Shown piece after piece: positions 1-14,037 of a DNA stretch of 64,000 nucleotides; within the stretch, counting starts at the first letter, position 1, and every line of letters begins with the position of its first letter. A program made the translations under genes and the position numbers. The DNA is taken from NCBI GenBank assembly GCA_964016885.1, contig OZ024743.1, positions 156,178,001-156,242,000 of the forward strand, in the 5' to 3' direction. This DNA comes from Eledone cirrhosa. Taxonomy: Eukaryota. The notes under the pieces are model-generated. The model worked only from the letters and a program-made list of their open reading frames with translations. It did no database searches and was not told where the DNA came from.

Positions 1-209
1 CATATGCGCGCACACAGCAACACTCATACATACAAACAAACACACACACACGCTACTCTACTCACTTACACGCACACACACACATATATATATATATATA
101 TTACCGTCATTACTGATACAAGATTACAAGATTATGTCAACTGTTGACTTTCAAGAGTTTGTATAGTTGAAGCCGATCGTATTACAGTCCAGTATTATTA
201 TAATTGCTA

Positions 210-340
210 TCCACGCTCTGAGCTCAAATCCCGCCGAGGTCAACCTTGCCCTTCATCCCCACGGAGTCAACAAATGAGAGTACCAGTGATGCGCTGGCCA
301 GTCGCTGGATCCGTGCCAAAAGCAGAAAAATTATTATTAA
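210..340 (+). mobile_element. tRNA-derived SINE (Deu/Nin-type central domain), partial
   Basis: B-box-like GAGCTCAAATCCCGCC, then GAGGTCAACCTTGCCCTTCATCC...GAGTACCAG and a (TTA) tail; same family as 56557-56713. Confidence 0.7.
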
Positions 341-429
341 AGTTGTTTTCTTAAGACCCGGTCGCTGGTGATGTTGATGGCGACGGCGGTGGTGGTGGTG
401 GTGGCAGTTGATGTTGTTGTGTTGTGTGA

Positions 430-430
<1 letters not shown>

Positions 431-478
<48 letters not shown>
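431..478. repeat. (TG)n microsatellite
   Basis: pure dinucleotide run. Confidence 0.95.
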
Positions 479-482
<4 letters not shown>

Positions 483-489
483 TTTATAC

Positions 490-752
490 ATGGTGGCTGC
501 CAACTCGTTTTCGAGTATGGCCACTACTCCATGTAGGAGAACCCCTACCGATGTGCTGAACGAGTGTGACTTTTTAGTCTAGCCAGCGACTTGAAAACTC
601 TGGTACAAACACTATACTTGTGACAATTATTGACACTTAGTGCTGGGCCCATGGTATCATGTGACGACAAGTGCAGGGAGATCTCCAGATATAAAGCAAT
701 GCCTGTGCCGTGAAGCTTTTATAGTGAGCAAAGGCACTGCACAAAGCCAGTC
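490..752 (-). mobile_element. 3' fragment of a non-autonomous RTE-derived element
   Basis: near-identical to 1033-1300; ends in GCCACCAT followed by microsatellite. Confidence 0.6.
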
Positions 753-1032
753 ACACATATATACACATACATATACATATATATGTACACACACATACAC
801 ATACATATGTACACACATACATATACATACACATGTACACACATATATACATATATATGTACACATATACATATATATGTACACATATATACATATCTAT
901 GTACACACACATATACACACATATGTACACATACATATACATACACATGTACACATATATATGTACACACATATACATATACATATATATGTACACACAC
1001 ACATATATGCATACATATGTACACATATATAT
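752..1032. repeat. compound (CA/TA) microsatellite with ATGTACAC motif
   Basis: direct reading. Confidence 0.9.
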
Positions 1033-1640
1033 ATGGTGGCTGCCAACTCGTTTTCGAGTACGGCCACTACTTTATATCCATGTAGGAGAACCCCTACCGA
1101 TGCGCTGAACGAGTGACTTTTTAGTCCAGCCAGCGACTTGAAAACTCTGGTACAAACACTACACTTGTGACAATTATTGACACATAGTGCTTTGCCTTTG
1201 GTACCATGTGACGACAAGTGCAGAGAGATCTCCAGATACAAAGCAATGCCTGTGCCGTGAAGCTTTTATAGTGAGCAAAGGCACTGCACAAAGCCAGTCC
1301 CACTCTCTTAACCAAGATGATATTTAACAAAAAGAAGAACAAGTCAACATCATTGGATACCATCTGGGCTGCAGGTTGTATATCAGAGTTTTCCTTCTCC
1401 TAGAATTCTGCCTTGACAAAGGCTAAGGTGTCATCTCTCCCACTGATTTTGGATGGCCATTGACTCTTAAGAGCTCCTTTGCCCTTTGACAGGTTTTGTT
1501 TTTAGTCCTGCAGGATGTCCAAAGTCACCCTCCTCACCAAGAAACCTTGGTGGGGTTGCCAGTTTAGTCGCCAACGACCCGACCATGAGACAGGTTGTAC
1601 TGGGATACATGTTACCAGTAGCACCAAGTGGTGACCTGAC
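1033..1640 (-). mobile_element. internally deleted, non-autonomous RTE-type LINE derivative (5' UTR joined to 3' end)
   Basis: minus frame HKCSVCTRVFKSLAGLKSH resembles the C-terminal zinc finger of RTE ORFs; GC-richer structured 5' part; TA tail; second partial copy at 490-752. Confidence 0.55.
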
Positions 1641-1783
1641 ATATTTATACATATTTATACATACAGACATAGATACAAACATACATTTTATACATAGATA
1701 TTCATGTATATAAATATATATGTATCTATATATACAATATAGTATATATTAATAAATGGAAACTATATTTATAAAACCATATT

Positions 1784-1843
1784 TATTTTATTTATATAAG
1801 GGCAACCAAGCCAAATTTTGGTGCGCTTTCATCAGATAAAATA
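1784..1843 (-). ncRNA. HHR remnant in the PLE-1 3' pseudo-LTR (GAAA deleted)
   Basis: TATTTTAT-CTGATGA-stem II-[no GAAA]-ATAAAATA; paralog of 6012-6077. Confidence 0.6.
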
Positions 1844-3734
1844 CAAATTTGTTTTATTAAAACTGACATACCCGCATAAAGACAACCTTAACGGTTGACA
1901 TTCGCTGGATAGTTTAAAAAATATTTTATTGAGGGTGATTCAAAGTTATGAGTAAGTATGCAAATGAGTGTCAGAAAAATTGAAAAAACAACGGTTTATA
2001 TAAACTAAACTGTTGGAAGAAAGTAGTGAAAGGGAGAGAGTAAAGGGAAAAAGAAAAATATTGCAAGGGAGAGAGAAAGACTAGTGAAAGGGAGAGAGAA
2101 AAAAAGAGAAAGAGAAAGAGTGAAGAAGAAAGAAAATTGCGAAAAAAGGGAGAAAGAAAGAGAGACAAGATTATGCAGGTGATAGTGAAGAAAATTTAAG
2201 GAAGAGCGAGCGAAGAAATTAGCTTTTCAAGGGATGGAAATATTAAACCTAATACCATATTTATAATGATAAGTTACAAATTAATTTAAGAATAAATAAA
2301 AATATTGTAAATTTAATTATAAATAAGAAGTATTTAAAATATATTAAGATGTATTAATAATATATGGAATTAGATGGGTATGTTATAGATGATACATTAT
2401 TTAAATGTATAGTATTTTACATTGGAAAAGTATTTAGAATCTAGTTTTGTTTATTTAATTAAAATAAGTTTGGCAAAATTATATTTAGGCAGAATTTGTT
2501 ATTAGGTATAAGTCAAATCTTAAACACCTAAAAAATTCCAAAGATTACGAAAAATTACGAGAGTTTACAAAGGATTAAGTACTTAATTAGAAGTATATAC
2601 TAAAACCATTCAAACATTCAGACTATAAATTAAGACTATAAAAATTGAGATTATAAAAAACAATACGTAAGTTTAAAGGAACTTTAAAAGGAATTTTTTA
2701 AAAAGCTCAAATAACTCCAAGGATACATAGAAATCTCTTAAAAAGTTATAAGTTATTAAAATTCATCTTAAAATATAATTAAAACATAAACCATACATTA
2801 TTCCAAATATATAGAAGTATTTGGAAATATATGAAAATACATAAATATTAAAAATGTTTAAAATATTGGAAGATATGAAAATAATAGTTTTTCAGTATCT
2901 TTCAAAATATATTTTCCAAAATTTAAAAAAAATAACTTTCAATAAGTCTTTCAAAGGAAATTTTAAAATTTTCAAAAATCTTTTCATAAAAGAATTTCAA
3001 GTAGTCATTTAAAAAGGTTATGATATATTTTTCGGAGGTAGAATTTATAAGTGTAATAATATAAAGTATATTTATGAAGTAGTAATATTAGAAAGTAAAG
3101 GTTTTAAGGAGTAAATTAAACATTTAATAAGTGTATTTTATATATTTACGAAGTTATTGAAATTAGAATTATATTAAATTCATGAACCATATATGGATAT
3201 AATCTGAGGAATGAGATTATAGTTGTTTGGATAGAGAAAACATTATGTAAGGAAGATTAACCACATATTACATTTTATATATATATCTAAAAGTTGAATA
3301 TAAACGATGTTTACAAGAACTAAATAGGTTATTGCGCAAATTAACAGAGTTCTTACATTTTAGTATAAATAATATTTCTTCAACGCATAGGCCTCAAAAT
3401 TTGGATAAAGCTACAGAAGTAGGCTGGTGCTTTGGAGACAATACTCCAAGATAAAGAATAGTTTATATTCTTGGATTTTAAGTTCCATAATGAGTTGGAT
3501 AGAGAGGTTGAAGATTGTTTTACCAATATTCGTAAAGGAACCTTTATGGTTATTGAAACGAGATTTGAAGTCTGTCAAAGTAGAGCCGACATAGTTAAAG
3601 GAATTATCATTGGTTTTGACATTGCAATTGTATACTACATTTTTAACTAACACAGTTTTATTTAATGGACAGTTAGGTTTAATTCTACAATTACATTTAT
3701 CAGAATTGATATTATTGGAAACAGTATCATTGGA

Positions 3735-4363
3735 ATATATTTGCCTGAACCAAGACTCCTCAGTTGGTATGCGAAATCTAAACGGCGGTATAATCAAGCA
3801 AGTTGACGACTTCAAATACCTGGGTAGATATATCGCCTCCACAGAACATGATGTTAACATCAGACTGAGAAAAGCCTGTGGAGCATTGAATGCAATGGAA
3901 AAGATATGGAAATCAAACCTGCCGGTCAAATTAAAAAGGAGTTTCTTCAGAGCTGCCTGTTTATGGCTCTATCACTTGGACGCTAACGTCGGAACTGGCG
4001 AAAAAGCTAGACGTGGCATACACACGTATGCTCCGCGCTACTTTAAACGTGTCTTGGAGGGAACTCCAACCAAATAAGTATCACTATGGCAATATACCAG
4101 CTATCAGCAGGTCAATACGTGGACAGAGACTCAGATTTGCTGGCCACTTTTGGCGCAGCAAGGAAGATATAGCAGGTGATGTGTTGTTATGGAGTTCATC
4201 TCAAGGTGCAAGAAACGCTGGTCGTCCCAAGAAGACATGCGTCAAGCAACTTGGGGACGGTACTGGATGCACTGCGGAAGAACTGGCAAACGCTATGAGA
4301 GACAGAGATGGATGGAGGAAACGTGTCGTAGAAAGCCGAGCAAGCTCGACCTGATGATGATGA
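3735..4363 (+). mobile_element. 5'-truncated RTE-clade LINE nested in PLE-1
   Basis: VDDFKYLGRYI, IWKSNL, YTRMLRATLNVSWRE, RLRFAGHFWR, GRPKKT; (GAT)n tail at about 4352-4363; splits the PLE-1 ORF upstream of GIY-YIG. Confidence 0.9.
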
Positions 4364-6011
4364 TCATTGTATTGGATATTGCTAGAGGTATTAATGCTAT
4401 TCTGGTTAAGTTTTAAGTTTCTATTATTGATTCTATTTATATTCTGTGCTAAATTCATAGTGGCAGAATATGATAGTTTAATTGTATGCCCGTTAAAGAT
4501 TGAATGATACCTAAGTGTCTTGGGAAAACAATTAGCGAGAGCTTAAACAAATAGTTTAACTAAAGGAGTGTTAATACTTAATGAAAAAGGAGGAGCGAAC
4601 CATAATACATTTGTAGTTTTATTTCTTCTTTTAATGTTAGCCTTTGTGCTAGGTTTCTTATTATAATTATGGTTAATTTGCGTTTCTTTATTGTCGATGT
4701 ATTTAATTTCATTATTATAGCCTCCTCTACTTAAAGCTTCGTTATAATATTGTGCCTTATCTTCAAATATATTTCTATTTGCTGACATCCTAGAAATACG
4801 TTGGTGTACGGAATTTACGATAGTGTTCTTAACGGATCTCAGGTGATTGGAATTAAAGTTAACATAGTTTAAATTCTCATTGATTTTATGAAATGGATAA
4901 TATAGACCAGTATTAAGATTTAATGTTACATCTAAAAAATTAACTATTTTATAATTATTCTCTACTTCTACCTTAAGATTAAAGCTATTAAAAAATTGCA
5001 CTATTGATTTTCTTTTTCTATTGATTTCACAATTATTATTATTTTCAATTAGCAATAGCATACCATCACGATATAAACCACCGGTCATCTCCGGTATTTT
5101 TCTATGTAATGTATTGTTAATAAAAGGCCCCACGAGTCCGATGACCCCATAGTAATATCTAAATTGTTATCCCTATCTGCTCTATTCCAAAGATAGTTAT
5201 TTAATTTAATTAAGGTTTTACGTGCTGTTAAGGTGATGTGCATTTCATCGCTAGATAAATCAATATATTTAGATGCGTATGTAAGGGGTATATTAAGTAA
5301 ATTAGGAGTGATAGATGAGTAATAATTTGCAATATCCAATTGAATGAATTTATTGTTATGCTTATATTAGAAGCTTCTCTATGTAGTATTTCAAGGTCAT
5401 CATTGATCGCTCTCTTGTAATGTTTCCTTAATTCCTTCAATATAAGATTATTATACTCGTCCTTTTGCATTCCATATAGATTGTTGGTTTTATCAGATTT
5501 AACAAGAAATTTTTCAGTTCTTTCAAAATGTTCTATAAATTGTTTTTTCTAAAATTTAAAGTTTTGTATCATTGAAATAATTTCATTTTCAAATTCCATT
5601 AATAATTTGTTGGTAGGTGGATATTTCTTGGATTTGAATATCCTATCGAAGTTGGATTTCTTTTCTTTTTCATCTGATTGTTTATCAAAATGAAACGCAC
5701 GCCATGTAAATATTCTTATAAACGTGTCCGATTTCTCTATAAGTTGTTTAAGATAGTCCTCATTTCTAGGTAAAGGTATGTCTTTTAGAGAAGAAGAGAT
5801 CTTTAAGAATTGCACTTTTCATTAACCAGTTATAATTTAGAATGCTCAACAATAAAGGAGCTAAATATATGCAGAGGTTATATTTATTTTATTGGGATTC
5901 AACAAGCTTAAAAATGTGTATAGCTGATATAAAGTATTCAACAGTTTAGTGGAGTAAATATTCAATATATTATATATTAATAAATGTAAACTATATTTAT
6001 AAAACCATAAT

Positions 6012-6077
6012 TATATTATTGTATATATTTCAAGGGCAACCAAGGCAAGTTTTGGTGCGCTTTCATCAGATAAAATA
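6012..6077 (-). ncRNA. type-I HHR in the PLE-1 5' pseudo-LTR (U16.1 mutated to C)
   Basis: TATTTTAT CTGATGA AAGCGCACC..GGTTGCCCTT GAAA TATATA CA ATAATATA. Confidence 0.75.
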
Positions 6078-7110
6078 CACATTCTTTTCATAAATATTGA
6101 CATACCCGCATAAAGATAACCTTACCGGTTGAGGTTCGCTGGATAGTGGAACAAATATTTTATTGAGGGTGATTCAAAGTTATGAGTAAGTATGCAGATG
6201 AGTGTCAGAAAAATTGAAACAACAACGGTTTATTTAAATTAAACTGTTGGAAGAAAGTAGTGAAAGGGAGAGAGAAAAGGGAGCGAGAGAAAATATTGAA
6301 AGGGAAAGAGAAAGAATAGTGAAAGGGAGAGAGAGAAAAAGAGAAAGAGAAAGAGAGAAGAAGAAAGAAAAAGGGTGAAAAAAGGGAGAAAGAAAGAGAG
6401 ACAAGATTATGCAGAGTGATAGTGAAGAAAATTTAAGGAAGAGCGAGCGAAGAAATTAGCTTTTCAAGGGATGGAAATATTAAACCTAATTCATATAGAT
6501 ATGATAAATAAGAGTTAGATGTAATTGAAGAGTGCTGTCTGTCCTAGTGCTGTTAAAGATTTTTTTTTATTTTCCCTTCGTCTTTAACAGCACTCTTCAA
6601 TTACATCTAACTCTTATTTATCATATCCATATGAATTAATATAAATTTATCAATATAAATATACCTATCAATTTAATTAATTTATTTTCTTTTTATAGAT
6701 GTAAATTCCCTATATTTTAAATAAAATTGATATTTTTCACTAACACATTTATCGTAAAATGTTATTCTCCTTAGATATTTACATTAGCATTATTCTTTTA
6801 TAACATCAATTCTTCGTGTACCTTTTACCGACTTGACCTATTTTCATCCCTAAAATAATCTTTTCATTCATCATACTCTTTCCATTCAAAACTGAAATCT
6901 GCTTTCCTCTACCCCTAAATTAAAGTTCTATTACTACTATTCTACCATGTTGACCACTTACTATCTTTCTATTGGTCAATTCAAAACCTGTTCCCAAACA
7001 GAACTATTATATTAAATCTTTGTTGTTTTTTTTCAATAAACAAATAACATTATTTCTGAAGACAGCATATATATGTGTAGGTATGTATATTCCCTCTGAT
7101 AGTTTGTAAA

Positions 7111-7449
7111 TTATAAAATTAACTTACTTACAAATCACTTTCCACTGATTAACCTCGATGTCAAGTGATTGATTCGTTTTGAATTTTCCACCGACGCAGT
7201 AGGGAGTGATTTTCTCAATGGCTAGGAATTCAGTCCGCACTTTGCTATATTCTATCCACTGAATTATTTTTGTATAAGTTTTCCAGAGTCCACGCTTTGC
7301 CTGGAAACTTAACTGAGAATAGACTTCCCTAACGACGAAATGATTCTCTATATCTTCTTCGGAAAATATATTTATTCCATTTCAGAAACTAATTAGTTGG
7401 GAGAGAAATTTTAGTAAGTAAGTTAATTTTATAATTTTCTTATTTTACG

Positions 7450-7458
<9 letters not shown>
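7111..7458 (+). mobile_element. partial copy of HHR tandem-repeat family A
   Basis: homologous to 16690-17020; short inverted 5' piece; ends in (TA)n. Confidence 0.8.
7324..7403 (+). ncRNA. family A HHR, G5 mutated to A
   Basis: CTTCC CTAACGA CGAAATG..CATTTCA GAAA CTAATTAG TT GGGAG. Confidence 0.7.
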
Positions 7459-7503
<45 letters not shown>

Positions 7504-7639
7504 GCATGTTCGTATGTAAGTGTATGGATGTATGGATGGATGGATATAAACGTACATTGTAGATATCGTAGACACCTTAATTTTATTGAACACTTTCATG
7601 AAACCTGTTTAAAACGAATCCCAAACATCAAATGGCAAC

Positions 7640-7709
<70 letters not shown>

Positions 7710-10050
7710 CACTTTTTTTCTCTTTTTCTTTTGCAAGATTATAGATATGAAATCGTGTGTTGAAACAGAGTATTGTTATACATTGAGAAGTTTCATTCCA
7801 CCAATACCGTTAGTGCGTTTCAAATTTGTGCGCTGTTAGTTAAGTACGTAATACATTATTTTCTTAAATAAGTTATCGGGTAATTGATTATTTGTCCTAG
7901 TTAACTTTCAAGGCTATTTCGGCCCCATCATGTCACCTCAATGACAACTATCTGCCTTCTGTCTATCTCATTTTTGGTGGGTCGTATATTTATGTGTTGC
8001 TACTTCCAAAGTGTATGAGCGTCTGTGGATGTATGCATGTTTTTATGTTGTCAACGTTTTTATGCGCATATATGTGTGTCACACAGTTATACCGTTCCTG
8101 TATTCTATCGGGATGTGCATTGATGTCTGTTTCTCCACTCTTAGATTCATTGCCTCGGGGCTTTACATGATAATCAGTCGCTAGGTTGTACGGTTGTTGT
8201 GATTTCATTCATGCTTCGTATTGAAATTATTATCTGCGATGATTGCCTCATCAGTTTGGGCAACACATCTGTTCTGTGTGTAGATACAAATCTTATTTCA
8301 ATGATTTCTCTAGTGACCCATCATTTTAAAGTGTTGCGTTTTGTTAAAGCACTGACTATTATTTTCTCGTGTTTGAGCCCTCATCAGTGACCTTTCGTAG
8401 TTTCTCCTTTACACCAAGGCGTTTCTCCTATGGCCATATTTCTACATTGTCATACTGTGCACTATATTCAATAGATTACTTTTGTAGTTTTTCTTTTCTT
8501 TTTTCGTAATTTCTGTTGACTTACATTGCAGACTCTAACATTTCTCTCGGTAAAGGGGTTTCCTTAAAATGGTAAGTTTTGCTGATTGTGTATTTTGGGG
8601 GATTTCCTAGGTTTCTTAATTAATCTATATTTCAATTCATCTAAAGTCCTTCTAAATCCATAAGTTAGTTCGTTCGGGGGTAGCATCGACGAACATGACC
8701 CTCTCATTCAATTCTTTTTTTTTGTCAGCCCACTGTCATCCTCTTTATCCTGCTCCATGATATCCTTCCATTCTCATCATTTTCAATGATAGTTTTCAGA
8801 TTTCCGCCGGCGACTATAAAGTCAAAACTTCTCTATTTCCTTGTATCATTAAACGTGCATGTAGGGGATGAAATATTGCAGGTGTCTTTCTAATTCCTTA
8901 GGATCGTTCATTATGGACACTTTTTTCATCATATTACAATGGTTGTTACATTTTTAACTTTCTGAAACTGTTGACCTCAGGTGCATCAGACACGTGGCTC
9001 TCAATTGCGAGTGTGAGTGAGCGCACACCATGACGCTCAATAAGTAATCTATAGTTACTCTAAATATCATTTTGGCCTCACTTTATATTATATAAAATTG
9101 TAAACGAGAACAGGTATACAATCTATCGATTTATATAGATTCAGCATGAATGAAGAGATGCATTTTAAAACGAAATTTCAATTAGAACGAGTGAAAATAT
9201 TAAAAGATCTTACGCCGTTTACAAGATAGTTCATTCGTCAAATTGCAAAGTATTATGCAATACAATAACATGAAAAAATAAAGAGACAAAATAACGAGCA
9301 ATAAACATAGAAATAAACATACACAACAATGCGTGATGAAGCACGTTAGATTAGGAAGTAGTGTAGGGGATAGGTTTGAGGCCCATGACTAAATTCGGAA
9401 AAGGAAATGTATATTTATTAATGAGTTAAATGTCCTTTACTTAATTAATATTCGCACTCCATATCGAATCTTCCATCGAGTATTACTCTGTATTGTGATA
9501 TTCCCAATATTCCCGTGTTAGGCACTTCATATATATATTATGATCGCCTATGCTTTTTTGTGCTACTGTCGTTGCTTGTATAAATACTATTTACCATATA
9601 TGTTAGAATGTTTTATTTTTCTACGCTATCTAAAAGAAAAGTAATTCCCTTCCGAAATATATTTCAGTGAACATGAATTAGAAACAATCCATTGATAGCT
9701 TAACCTAATATATAGACGTTATTTTTATCTGTGCTATTTGGCCTATGTATCTAATGTAATACAAAATAATAGTATGTCTGGCAAATTGCCTAATATAACT
9801 GAACACTATTTTAATGATAAATTACCAATGTCTCTGAGAACGTTTTACCATTATCGACCCGGCCTAGCAAACACATATCCCTTCAGCTATGTTATATCAC
9901 ATTAAAAAGAAGAAATAATTATTGAGTATACATTGTAATCTTAAACTGACATAGAATTGTAAAGTTATCATCGATTAGAAGGGATTCGAGCTAGATGACA
10001 GCAATACAGCAATAAAAAAGGAACAGTTCTCTACTTTATTTTATAGACTA

Positions 10051-10936
10051 CTAGCAGTGGTACCCGGCGTTGCACGGGATAAGGTGTTTTGGAACGCGCA
10101 CCGCCAACAGACCTAATCGTGGAAAAACTGCATGCGTGGACAATATGTAATGAAAATAAACCGAATACTCTGATGTTCCTCGATGAAGCAGGAAAAATGC
10201 AGGTTTTCACCTAAAGCGGACCCTAGTGAATTAAGAAAATGTATTTTTGTTTATGTGCATAATAAGCATTGAAATTTCGGGAACTGCTAGACGCAACGTC
10301 TCAAAAAAGCCCTAAAAAGCTGAAAAAATGAAGTTGTTCACCTATTGCGGCCCCTAAGCCATAAACAAATTGGATTTTCTTTGCTCACGGTATGAAAAAG
10401 AGACTGACTAATACATAGTTACAATTTCAAGGAAATCAGTCTGACGTAACGACTAAAAAAAACCCCAAAAGCCTTAAAAATGCAGTTTTTCATCTAGGGT
10501 ATTACAAAGTTGAAATTGTTTACGTGCATAACACTCCCTGCAATATAAGTAATACACATGTAAAGTTTGAAAAAAGTTAGTTGGGAACTTCTCGAGTTTT
10601 ATGGATTCAAACTCACAAACACACACACACACAGACAGACATCCTCAGGGAAGTGACGTAATGCAGACAGCCAGACAAACTGGCAGATATTAGAAGGGCG
10701 CGACGTTGTATGTATGTATCTATCTAAAAAGAGAAAGACTAAGATTTATAGAGAGAAATCGCTAAATCGTCTAATGCGGTCCCTAGGGCATTGGAAATTT
10801 GAAATTTCTTTTGCTCAGAACACTCCCTGAAACATAAGTATTACATGTGTAAAGTTTGAAAACAGTTAGTTGGGTGTTTCTCCAGTTTTAGGGATTCAAA
10901 CTCACACACCCACATCCTCAGTTTTATATTTATAGA
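10051..10936 (-). mobile_element. non-autonomous Helitron
   Basis: minus strand starts TCTATAAATATAAAAC; ends with CCCGTGCAACGCCGGG hairpin then ..CTGCTAG; internal GACA repeats. Confidence 0.75.
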
Positions 10937-11149
10937 CTAGCAGAAAACCACCCACCGGGTGGGTTTCTGCTAGTATATATATATATATTACACACACAGA
11001 AATGTATATATATTTCTTTGTGTATATATATATATATTACACACACAGAAATGTATATATATTTCTGTGGGTATATATACATATTTCTGTGTGTGTACAT
11101 ATATATATATTACACACACACAGAAATGTATATATGTTTCTGTACAATT

Positions 11150-12200
11150 CCTGAATTTCCCCTCTCTCCCTCCCGCTATCCCCCTCTTGTAGTCTGTCTC
11201 TTTCTTTCACTCTCACACTCTATCTACGCGTGCGCAAAAAACATTCGCACGCGCGCACGTGTTTAGCGTCTATTCACTCAATCTCTCTCTCCCTCTCTCC
11301 CTCCCGCTACCCCCTCTCGTAGTCTGTCTATTTCTTTCACTCTCACTCTCTCTCTACGCGTGCGCAAAAAACATTCGCACGCGCGCACGTGTTTCCACTG
11401 TCGGACAGACAGACAAGGAAATTGTTGGTTATATACTATAAGGAGATTAAATATACATAATTACCTATGTATATCATCATCATCATCCCCATTATATATA
11501 TATATAATATGGGCCGAAGCCGAAAAAAATTTTGTTTGGCAGCTCTAATTGCGCCTTAATTTTATTCGAAAAATTGTATACTAACATATTCGAATACCAG
11601 GCACTATTGGAATCAACAATAGCAGCGTCCTGAGTGTCATTACAAAACACAAATTCGCGAGAATTAGTGTTTAAATCTTGGAAGGTGGTAAAAAAATCCA
11701 CAAAATCTTCCATTCTTTTTTTTTTTTTTATTATTTTTAATAATATTTAAATAACTGGCGGTTATAAAAAAATATTCCTATAAAGTTGTAATCATACCAT
11801 TAGGTGTGAATAAGGAAATATTTTTTAATTGTCAAAACAAATGTTCAAAAGTTAAACTACAATTTTTTGAATTATTTCCAATGTTTTCATGAAATTGAAC
11901 ACTGGATATTGGCTGCTGGTGTCAAGTCAGAACCGCCTCGAACTGGTTACTTCTGGCTTGTGCAAGCTCTCTCTATAGCAGCCAGCGATTCCCTCGGCCT
12001 CAGTGACCACAGTCAGTGGAGAGGGGAAGGTAATGTTTCTATAGCACGTGTTTTAGCGTCTATTCACTCTCTCTCTCTCCCTCCCGCTATCCCCCTCTCG
12101 TAGTCTGTCTATTTCTTTCACTCTCACTCTCTCTCTACGCACGTGTTTCCACTGTCGGACAGACAGACAGAAATTTCTGGTTATATATATAAGTAGATTA
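11150..12200 (-). mobile_element. Helitron-like non-autonomous fragments with an approximately 125-bp internal duplication
   Basis: repeated CCCTCCCGCTATCCCCCTCT..GTAGTCTGTC..CACGTGTTTCCACTGTCGGACAGACAGAC units; TCTACTTATATATATAACC-type 5' end near 12197. Confidence 0.5.
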
Positions 12201-13649
12201 GCATGTATTCCCTTGATGTTTTGCAATTTCCGTTTCAGATATATAATAATTCTAATGAATTTGTTTTATTTTACTCTGGATGAAAAATTATATTCTCTTC
12301 ACAACACTTGTCTGGGAAATACATTTGATTGTTTCCTACACTCAGGTCACTATTCCACAGTTACCTTCGTAAAGTTCCCTTGAATATCAGTGCACTGCTA
12401 TCAATTTTCCTAATATGACTCATGCCGTAGAATATGGAATTGAACATTAATCACATTGATATAACTGGTTTGCTAAATCATCTAAATTTCCGTGTTTCCT
12501 TTCAGTGTCTTTTCTTTTAGAACTAATAATCAACAAACCAGTATCGTACCTAAGTTAAATTTTGTTGCTCTTGTTTACTCACAGATCAGACTTGAACAAC
12601 GAAATATATGCTAAAAGACATTCGTATCGGAAACATATCCTCGACATTCGTATCGGAAACATATCTTCCGATTTTTATAATATTTCAATTTCAACATTTC
12701 TTAACGGCAGGTTTTAATTTGAACAATATATATCTGCTCTATATTGGTTAATCTCGGGCTACTGAGATGCATCGTTTGTTGTTTGTTAATGATTAACTAA
12801 TTTATGAAGCGCAGCAAAAAGATTGCAAAACAGTAAATATATTCGATTTCGTTAAAATTTAAATAGATTGCATTGATCCAGACAAAGCAAATTCGGATAT
12901 AATCCTGGAAACCCGTGGACAAAACTATGAAACCAACAGCCTCTTGTCTTATACTCTGTCTTAATATTTCTATTAAACACAATAGCAAACCAAACTAGTC
13001 ACATAGAGCTTCTCCGCTGTTGAATAGCAAATAAACTATACAAATATTGAAACTAAACAACAAATAAACGAAACAATGATAGAGAAATCTTTATATAAGT
13101 GAGTTTAGATCAAATATTATTTGTACTCTCATAAATAGAGTTTTCCTCACTCAAATTTAATACATAATATTGCTTCTCTGAGTGACTCCACTCATTGAGT
13201 TGTTGAAATATTAGAGACTAATTAATATTTAATTAATTTTGAAATCAACGTCGAGTTGATCATTTGGATGTTATTTCTAGTGGCCTTATAAACCTGTTAC
13301 ATAGTCCTAATATGTTAAGATATTTTTGATCACGTTATATTTCTACTACACAACTTGTTTTTTTTATGCAGCATGCTGCCCCAGTATGGTACACTATGAA
13401 TAATTTCTTTGTCAATGTGCTTTTAGCTTTTGAAGAATATAAACTCTTCTGAAAAGTATTGCGGATTTTTTCAAATATTCGAGTTTCCAATAAGAATTCG
13501 TCTTCAAACTAAAGCATGATAGGGAAATCTTTATCTAAGAGAGGCTAGATAAAATATTGTTTACTTCTATATGGTTTGTACTCCCATAACTAGAGGTTTT
13601 CTCACTTAAAGTTAATATATAATACACAAACACACACACATACGCATGC

Positions 13650-13650
<1 letters not shown>

Positions 13651-13743
<93 letters not shown>

Positions 13744-13744
13744 A

Positions 13745-13823
<79 letters not shown>
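13651..13823. repeat. (TA)n microsatellite
   Basis: direct reading. Confidence 0.95.
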
Positions 13824-13828
<5 letters not shown>

Positions 13829-14037
13829 TAAGTATGTATATGTACATTCATATATGTATACAGACGTCCAGTAGTATGTATATATATATACATACATTCA
13901 CAAATATATATATATGTACGTATGGATTCACCGAACATTTATTATAATGCTCGGTGTGTTTATAAATAAAGATCCCGAATTAAGCCGTACAATGTCTAGC
14001 AACAATCGTTGCTAATTTGTTCAACACTGACAAAGGA

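Larger units (their letters stand above)
1743..6490 (-). mobile_element. near full-length degenerate Penelope-like element PLE-1 (Hydra-clade-like) with direct pseudo-LTRs at about 1743-2260 and 5970-6490
   Basis: broken minus-strand ORF at about 5846-3300: SLKDIPLP, KSDKTNNLY, DIANYYSSI, DITMGSSDS, GGLYRDG, VNFLDVTLNL, WFAPPFS, CNCRIKPNCPL, NVVY..YVGST..FKSRFNNH (GIY-YIG); about 500-bp direct terminal repeats with HHR. Confidence 0.9.

Noticed and set aside
3300-5846. Selenocysteine read-through as in Naiad PLEs
   Set aside because: Endonuclease is C-terminal, and breaks include frameshifts and non-TGA stops, consistent with decay
7056-7070. Isolated CTGANGA hits (also near 4351, 8248, 8381, 25515, 43481, 58762)
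   Set aside because: No correctly placed GAAA/NUH and helix I; expected by chance or truncated
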